From the NCBI GenBank assembly GCA_002269645.1, contig NIVC01000545.1, forward strand, positions 134,488 to 198,487: a stretch of DNA of 64,000 nucleotides, written 5' to 3'. The number at the start of each line of letters is the position of its first letter. The first letter of the stretch is position 1. The position numbers and the translations under genes are program-made. The notes beneath the pieces are model-generated. The model did not search any database. It saw only the letters and a list, made by a program, of their open reading frames with translations, and was not told where the DNA came from. Source of the DNA: Macrostomum lignano (Eukaryota). Positions 56,001 through 64,000 of the stretch are shown one piece after another.

Positions 56001-59000
56001 AACAATCACAACAACAAAACAAAAACAATAAAAACAAAAACAGCGTCACAGGGCGCGCAGAAAAACTTTGCTAGAATTTCGTTGCGTATGCGCTCGCACT
56101 TACCATTGTCCCCTCCACCCTCGATAACTTCGGGAGCTTTCGTTGTCGGGGCCTCTGGCGCCTGTGTGACAGGAGCTTCTGTGGGGGCTTCTGTCACAGG
56201 GGCTTGCGTCGTCGGGGCTTCTGTCACAGGGGCTTGCGTCGTTGGGGCTTCTGTCACAGGAGCTTGCGTCGTTGGGGCTTCTGTAGTTGGCACCTCCTCC
56301 TTGATGTATTCAGTCTCATCATCTAAGCAGAAAATTTATTCAGTTCTTCAGTGTTCAGTTCTCCAAAACATACAGAAAAGAGAATTGTGTTCAGACGATA
56401 AACCACTCACTGCTTCCAATGCCCGTGGCGTAGATGTTATTCAGCCAGGCGTCTCCGCAAGTTTGCTCTTTGTTGCCCTGACAAGGTTTCTGACAGCGCA
56501 CATCCTCAACCTGGCCGTACCTGTTGTACTTGTCTCCACAAAAGCAATGGTTGCTGTTCTGCACTCCGAAGTACTTGTAGCCGTAGCGCCAGCAGGCCTG
56601 GCGACAGTTGTTGAGGGTGATCGCGCCGGTCTTTGCCAGGAACGGCAGATCTCTCACCGATTTGTCGTTAAAACAGCCAAAACTCTTGAATACGACTGCA
56701 GATTAGGGATGTTTCATTACCAAACGTTAACTTGTTATACTTTTTATGGTTAACGAAAGATTTCCAAGCTTTGCTGTAGAGGAAACATAAAATTATCCGA
56801 AGCTCACACTCTGGTTTTCCGCTCTCGTAAATATGGTTGTACAGGGCGCCGCCGCATATCTGATCTTTGTGTCCCGTGCACTTGAGATTGCAGTAACTCT
56901 CTGCGACCTTGCCGTAACGTCCATAGCTGTTGCCGCACCAGCACTGGTTGCTGTACTGCACACCCGCGTACTTGTAGCCCAGCTCGCGACACAGCTTTCT
57001 GCATCGGTTGATGCTCATCTTACCAACCATAGGTCTTTCGGTCAAATCGCGCACGGCCTGATCCTTGTAGCAGCCGAGTGTCGAGGGGACCGAGACTGTG
57101 GTATTTAAAAAGAGGACAGTACTTTATGCTTGATCAAATTTGAAGCTATTTTAAGCAAAAAACTTTAAACTTATATCAAAGTGATGTTTAGAGCAGTTGA
57201 AACGGCGCAAGTAAGGAACTCACTGTCAGCATGCGTCGCGTAGACGCTGTTACGCCATCCACCGCCGCAAATCTGTCGCCTGTTACCCGAGCACCGGGAG
57301 TGGCAATCCGAGTCCGTAGCCTTGCCGTACCGACCATATTTGTCACCGCAGAAGCAATAGGAGGCGGCCTGAGTTCCTGCATATTTGAAGCCGAGGTCTC
57401 GGCAGGTCTTCACACAGGAGTTAATGCTGACGGTTGAGCCCGAGAAAGATAGAATAGGGAGATCCCGATCGCCCTTGTCAACATAGCATCCAAGTGGCGT
57501 CAGTTTGGCTTCTGCAATAGAGTTTAAAAAACTTCACTTTAATTTACAGGTAAACCTGCTGATATCTATACATATTGACAAAAGGCAATTTTTTTATTAC
57601 GACAAGTTACAAAAGACCTAAACATCCCAAACAAAGAGCCAAACAGGCAGGGGCTGTGTGCACCCGGGCGAAACTTAAGCGACATTGACATACAAGCGGT
57701 GATAGGCATTACTGCCCATTCCGCCGAATCCCCTAAGCAGGTAAACAAAAGCGCTTAGCGCAGGCACATACTTACTCAGGAGTGCACAGCGGACCTAACT
57801 TTATTTATCGTTAGGCCTGTACACTTCCCTATGTTTTGGGATTTGGCCCCTAAGGGCGTTAATTGCAAGAGCAGACCAGGCTGAAAATCCAATTTAGCCT
57901 CAAATGATTGAGTGCACTTGGACTCGAGCCTGGGCCGGTGGCACTTTAAGAGCGCCGCGCTGGATCACTAGGCTACTGACCCCGTTCAACAGCATTATTA
58001 TCAAGTGCAAAGTTTTAAGCACTACGCACCCTCCACGGTGATGCCTGACGCATAGAGATTGTTGTACCAGCCGCCGCCGCACATCTGGTTCTTGTTAGCC
58101 GAGCACTTTATACTGCAGCTGCCCTCGGCGCCCTGGCCGTACTTGCCGAAGTGGTTGCCGCAGAAGCAGCTGGTGGACTGCAGACCAAAGTACCGATAGC
58201 GGAGCCCTCGGCAGACCCAGCGGCAGTAGTGAACATCAACAGTGCCGAGGAATCCTCGCTGCGGCAAGTCGCGCTCTCCAGCGTCTTTGAAGCAGCCAAA
58301 ATACCTCATTTCTGCGGAGACGCACAGTGCAAAGCAAGCGTTTAAAAATTATGTTGATTTAAAAAAATGGTGCAATTTAAGCGTAAACGTCATTTAACTC
58401 ACTCATTTCGCTGATATCCAACAGTTTTCCTGAAATTATAGGTAAACAGCATTGCTAAATATAACGGAGGTCGACGCATTTTAGATAAATAACAACATTG
58501 AACAGCACGAAAAGTAATCACACCTGTGCGGTCCGAGTTGACCGACTGTTCCAGCGATCGCTCTAAAATGAGAGTGCTCATCATGAAATTTGCATTATAA
58601 ATTGACAGAATAGTTAGGAAATTTAACGAATTTCCGTAAATCGCTTACCAAGATGATTGCTTCCTTCCTGGGCCGAATGATCTGAAAAAATGGTTGAAGA
58701 TACAAATGGAGCTTTCTGGCTTAATGCTAGCTCTTGACGAGCTAATTATAATCTTATACAGACCATGGATGATTGTTTGCTATAAGACATATTTAAATAT
58801 AATAGTGCGCATCCAAGTAGTTTCAGATGAGTCTGCATACCCGAGGCGGTGCCCATGTCTGAAATTAAAAATCGAATAGAATTCATTCTTAGGATTGCAA
58901 AAGTACTTTAAGGATTCCGAATTCTATCAGGCGCACATCAATTACTTACGAGCTTTAAGATTCGTGCGGTAGATGCTGTTGAAGTAATAGCCTCCACACT

Positions 59001-61689
59001 TTTGATCTTTGTCGCCGACGCAGGCTTTGTTGCAGGAGCTGTCAGCCCCTTTGCCGTATCTGCCGTAGCTGTTGCCGCAGAAGCAAGCGTTGCTGTTCTG
59101 CACACCGAAGTACAGGTAGCCGTAGGCGGCGCACTTGTAGCGACAGTTGTTCAAGTTGACGGCGCCAGATTTGGCTAGCCAGGGCAGGTCGCGGGTTCCC
59201 TTGTCGATGTAGCAGCCCAGGCTGGTGAATTCCACTGTGGGTGCGTCCGACGTATGAATGACGCAATAAATATAACCGAAAGCTAACTCGCTTACTACAC
59301 ATGCACAGTAGGCAGAAACAAAAACACTGCTGAATATGGTTCTTTCAGCGAATCGAAAACCCACATGTTTTGCTTTCTTAGCACAAAAAATGTACTTACT
59401 TTATTACGAGTCTTTTAGAACTTTGTAAACAGACAGTTCAGACCTACAGTGTTCCAATACTATCTAGATAAGTTAACTGCATGAATTATAAATTAGACTT
59501 AAGCCAGAAGACTCAATCAAATTCCTGGGCACCTATATGACTGAACGTCCTGGGAGTAGCACAGCTTTCCATGTTTCCTTAAAAATCCTGTCACATTGTC
59601 TCTGCCTGCCTGGAGAGGTTGAAGTAAAATCAAAGCATTGTATCTTGACTGATGGTGATTGAACATCCATGTACTAAAAATTTGCTATCTAAACTTCTAA
59701 AGTATCGTATCGATGATTTTTAAATGCTGGTTCCAGTAAGGTCCAAGCCCCAATGCAATCAGAGCCACTCACTACTCTCGATGCCAGTAGCGTAAACGCT
59801 GTTTCGCCAGCCGGCGCCGCAAATCTCGTCCTTCTTGCCGTTGCAGGCCATTCTGCAGCTGGCTTCGGTGCCCTTGCCGTACCGGCCGTAAGTATTGCCG
59901 CAGAAACAGTGAGAACTATATTGCAAGCCAAAGTACTTGTAGCCCCGCTTGATGCAGTAGTTCAGGCAGTATTGAATGCTCATCACGCCATGTGTGTGTT
60001 CAGGAAGATCACGTGCGCTCGAATCGATGAAGCAGCCGATATAAGTGCGTTTGGAGGCTGAAATTTCGACGCGGGAATTTTCGTGTAGCCAAGACGGTAA
60101 ACTAGACGTTTCTTGGAAAATTTTAGGAGCCAGGTTTGGAGGCAGGTTGTTACACATTTTGATACGCAGTCATTAAGCTAAGAATGATAAAGTCGACTCA
60201 TAAAGCCAATGAGTCGACCCATGCCATTTTTATGATTTTTAGTCACAGGACATGTACGTAGGGCGCTCGTAGCAACATAGAATCCTAATTTCCTAATTTA
60301 TGAATATCAATAGAGCTATAAGAAAGGCAAGACATCAAAAGATGCGCATTGGGTCCTATCGAGAACAATAACATATTTGTGCTGAAAAAGTAAAAATATC
60401 CTATCTCCGTAATGTATTTTTTAGGTAAAACCTTCCTCCTGAAATTTCCCAAGAAACATATTTTCCCGTCCTTCTACTTGATTAGTCCTTGAAATCGCCT
60501 TCGATCATTCATGCTTTCCTATCTTATAACTTATAGAGCTATAAGAAAGGCAAGACATCAAAAGATGCGCATTGGGTCCTATCGAGAACAATAACATATT
60601 TGTGCTGAAAAAGTAAAAATATCCTATCTCCGTAATGTATTTTTTAGGTAAAACCTTCCTCCTGAAATTTCCCAAGAAACATATTTTCCCGTCCTTCTAC
60701 TTGATTAGTCCTTTAAATCGCCTTCGATCATTCATGCTTTCCAGAAAACCATTGAAATTCCCAAAATCCAAAATTAACAAGCAAAAGATCGCTTCTAAAA
60801 GTAACTTAAAAGATTGAACTTATGTTCAAGAGACGGTTTTATCAGCGTGAAAATTCACTACTAAAGCATCAGTTCTACTCACGCGTATACTCAGTCTCGT
60901 AGATGAGGTTGCGCCAGGTGCCGCCGCAGATCTGCTTTTTGTTAACAGAGCAAGGCGTGGCGCAGTCGGCATCCAAAGCTTTGCCGTGCTTGCCGTAGCT
61001 CTTGCCGCAGAAGCAGTACGCTCCAGCCTGCAGTCCGGCGTACTTGTAGCCCAGGTTGCCGCATCTCTTCACGCAGCTGTTGACGTCGGTGGTGCCGGCG
61101 CTGTGGAATGGCAAGTCTCTGTCGCCCGTGTCAATGAAGCAGCCCAGCGTTTTGAGACTAGCCTGTTCTGCAGTTGGGCATATGGATATAGCATGTGTAG
61201 TTGTTGGATATTTGAGCTCGCGAATTAGAGAAAATCAGGAACAAAGTTACTAACCGACGGTGAGTCCAGTGGCGTAGACGCTGTTGTGCCATCCACCACC
61301 GCAGATCTGTTCCTTGTTGGCGGCACACTTGGAAGCGCATTTCGTATTCGCGCTCTTACCATAGCGGCCGTACCTATTGCCGCAGAAGCAATAGCTGGCC
61401 GCCTGGATACCGGCGTATCTGTACTTCAGCTTGCGACACACGTCGCGACATCTATAGACGTCGGTAGCTTTCACTTCAGCTTTTAGTGGCAAATCTCGTT
61501 CTCCGGTGTCCCGGTAGCAACCGAGGCTTGTGTAGGTTGGAGCTAAATTTGTATTTGTTAGAGGAGTCAAGGTCTGTGCGCTGCTACAATCAACACAATC
61601 TCCACCCACTTACCTTTCAAAGCTTCCTCTGTGGTCGAATCTTGCGAAGCGACGGCCGCCACAAGGCAGAGCAGGAGAACGAACCGCAT
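53008..61689 (-). CDS. Secreted 13x WSC-domain protein, paralogue A (19 exons, ~1444 aa)
   Basis: Signal exon 61614-61689 (MRFVLLLCLVAAVASQDSTTEEALK). WSC exons: 61255-61542, 60883-61167, 59773-60057, 58950-59234, 58030-58311, 57224-57511, 56808-57095, 56411-56695, 55458-55733, 55104-55385, 54693-54977, 54310-54600, 53431-53718. Linker exons: 56104-56322 (T/P-rich), 55875-55910, 54062-54214. Terminal exons: 53235-53324 and 53008-53060 (...EEHPYYYK*). All introns are GT-AG and phase 1; the sum is 4335 nt (1445 codons). Confidence 0.9.
60310..60742. repeat. Tandem duplication of a ~210-bp AT-rich intronic segment
   Basis: ATAGAGCTATAAGAAAGGCAAGAC...TCATTCATGCTTTCC occurs at ~60310-60519 and ~60533-60742, almost identical. 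Confidence 0.9.
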
Positions 61690-62809
61690 GGTATGAGTCT
61701 TAGAGCAAACTAGTTGCGGTTTATTAGACCTCAAAAGTTGGAGTTGCGCGGAGTCAGAAGTCAGTCAGGGGTCTGTTTTTTATCCTTTTCTGTTGAAGTG
61801 GGGTTGCTGGCTACTTGGTAAACAACTCGACGGATGGCCCAGAGCCTGCATAAAAATTTGACTTAATTGCATTTTTCAAACCGTCACATTGAGCCAGGAG
61901 GTTTGCAGAACCACCTGCTGCCACGGGCAGGGAACCGCGGCGTGGCCGTGCCAGGGAGACCCAGAGCAGGAGCTTGGGGTGGCAACCCTTCCCCGACCCA
62001 TTTTCATACAACTATAGGCTTGGCTACAGTTGTTCAGTTTGCACCGTTTGCACCAGAACTGAACAACTGTGGCAAGGCTGACAGTTGTACATGTATGAAA
62101 ATGGGTGTCGGAGAAAAGTTGCTACCCCAGGTTCTGGCCCTGGTCTCCTTGGCCGTGAAGGGGTGGCTGCAATTTGCTGACGCACGCTTTCAGCTACCAG
62201 TAGCTGCGATCCCCACTTTCCGATCCCCAGACCCTCAGCCGAGTCGCGCGCCAAAAAAATTCGCTTGCATAACTCGCGAAAGACCAAGAGCGTCTTTTGC
62301 GCCCTACCGAGCCCCCAAGACTTCTGACAGCAATAGGGTTGGGCGTTGAAGGCGCGGCATGAGTAGACTGGTTGCCAATCCCAATGAAACGATAATCAAG
62401 GGAAAAACACTGCGCTCATGTCCAGTCAGGAATGGAATCGATTGAGTCTTACAGTCGTAATTTTTATAGAACCTCCCCATGGCCATATACGATAGCACTG
62501 TAATGAAGCTATTGAGTTATTATTGAAATATCTCGCGAGGGGTTGATTGTTTTTGCGGCTCAGAGTAAACCAACTCAGCACTGACTCCGGACTAGCTCTG
62601 GAATCGTTGGCCTTGGGCAGGGGTGACCTTGAATTTCCACTGCAAAATTTAAGTCGTACGAGCGTATAGCTACACAGGAAGGGAATTCACAAAGTCTTAT
62701 GCACACGTCCGCTCCGCGCTCTCGTATTAACTTGCATTTCCATCACTGCCCAGATTGACGCTTGGCTAGAATTCTTCATCAAAGTTTTTGGAAGCGACAT
62801 CACGCTTTC

Positions 62810-63050
62810 TTCTTTCCTTTCCTCTCTTGTCTTCTCTCTTCTTGCCTCTCCTCTCTCTTCCATCTTTTTTTTATTCCTCTCCTCTCTCTCTTCTCCTCTC
62901 TCCCCTCTCCTCTCTCCTCTCTCCTCTCTCCTCTCTCTTCTCTCCTCTCTCTTCTCTTTTCCTCTATCTCCGCTCCTTTCCCCTTCTCCCACTTCTCCTC
63001 TTTCCCCCTTCTCACTTTCTCTTCTTTCACCTCTCCCCTCTCTCCTCTCC
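62810..63050. repeat. CT-rich low-complexity tract
   Basis: (CTCTC)n-like sequence that explains the E/R-rich ORFs. Confidence 0.85.
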
Positions 63051-64000
63051 TTGTTCTCACCCAGCATTCCCCTTGAGCCCTGGCATCTCAGAAACTTCTC
63101 TTGGGCAAAAAATATTGACTTTTGTAACTTTAAGCAGTTTTTAGATTCGGTTTTTCGCGTCGTTTCGGAGATTAGATTAGGCAAGCCTATGGTTACCGAT
63201 AGGGATGAGAATTCGAAATTGTTGGAAAACTTTGTTTTGATGAAGCAAACCAACAGATTCTCCGAGACAGAATGACCTGGAACGCCCCCCCCCCACACAG
63301 GATCATTTTTAGGACAAAGTAAGTCATAAAAGTTGTTTTCGAAACTATAGTGAGATACTATAGAAAAATAGCGCTGTTAAGCTACCGGGGAGCAGAGCAG
63401 GCCAGGGAACCGCGCCCCGGAAACCTCTCGGCTTTATTCGCCAGTTCCCAGGGGGAAGGCAGTCAAAGTGGCGCCAAAATTTAGTTGCCTAGAAGAGACA
63501 AAAGAATTAGAGCGGCGGGGGTTAGTGTTAAAGAACTTTAAAAATGAATATCACAAAAAAACAACTCCATAAATTTTGGGCCGGGTTGCAGTCGAGCCTT
63601 GCCTTGTGTTGGCGTTGCTCTATCGGAGCAGAACTTCCTTAGTATATAGCAGCTCTTTTAGAATCCTCATTTATTCCTTAACGCTTAGAAGCGCAACCCA
63701 CGGCTCCCGTATGCGTAGTTGATGGGCCATGCAGCGAGCGCATGACCCAACCGCGCAGGCCCTCCTCTGCAACAATCGATTTTCTGTCTACGACTGCAGA
63801 GTTAAAGAGCCCCACTCATGCATTTGTTATTTGCAGTAAAGAGTTTTAAATGAAATAGACCGACAAACGTCAAGAGTGGTTTTTTGAATGGGTTTGAAAT
63901 ACAAGCGTAAGAGCTATGCTAATCTTTGTTACATACTTGTAGCAAAAATATTGAATAGAATCCAGCCTGAGATAGGCTTGGCACCATCTGTATGACAGCA

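Noticed and set aside
62304-62498. Short minus-strand ORF with a hydrophobic C-terminus upstream of WSC gene A
   Set aside because: Could be a terminal exon of a neighbouring gene, but there is no clear acceptor or homology to support it.

Overview
Eukaryotic (animal) genomic DNA with GT-AG introns and very dense mini- and microsatellites. The style resembles a free-living flatworm such as Macrostomum, but this is inference only. From left to right: the 3' end of a Kelch-repeat gene (+); a ~1.1 kb foldback element; a tRNA-derived SINE; a Penelope-type remnant with a minimal hammerhead ribozyme; an ionotropic glutamate receptor-like gene (-) with an in-frame stop and no detectable M4; a degenerate Kelch fragment; a BTB-BACK-Kelch gene with 17 copies of a 21-aa N-terminal repeat (+); an unclassified 1.85 kb element with ~515 bp direct repeats; a single-exon class A GPCR (-); and an interstitial TTAGGG-variant array. 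The dominant feature (33.4-61.7 kb, minus strand) is a pair of tandem paralogous 19-exon genes. Each encodes a predicted secreted ~1,400-aa protein with 13 WSC domains, one per phase-1/phase-1 exon, built from a triplicated 4-domain module. A decayed mariner transposon lies between them. All gene models were spliced by hand and have no expression support.
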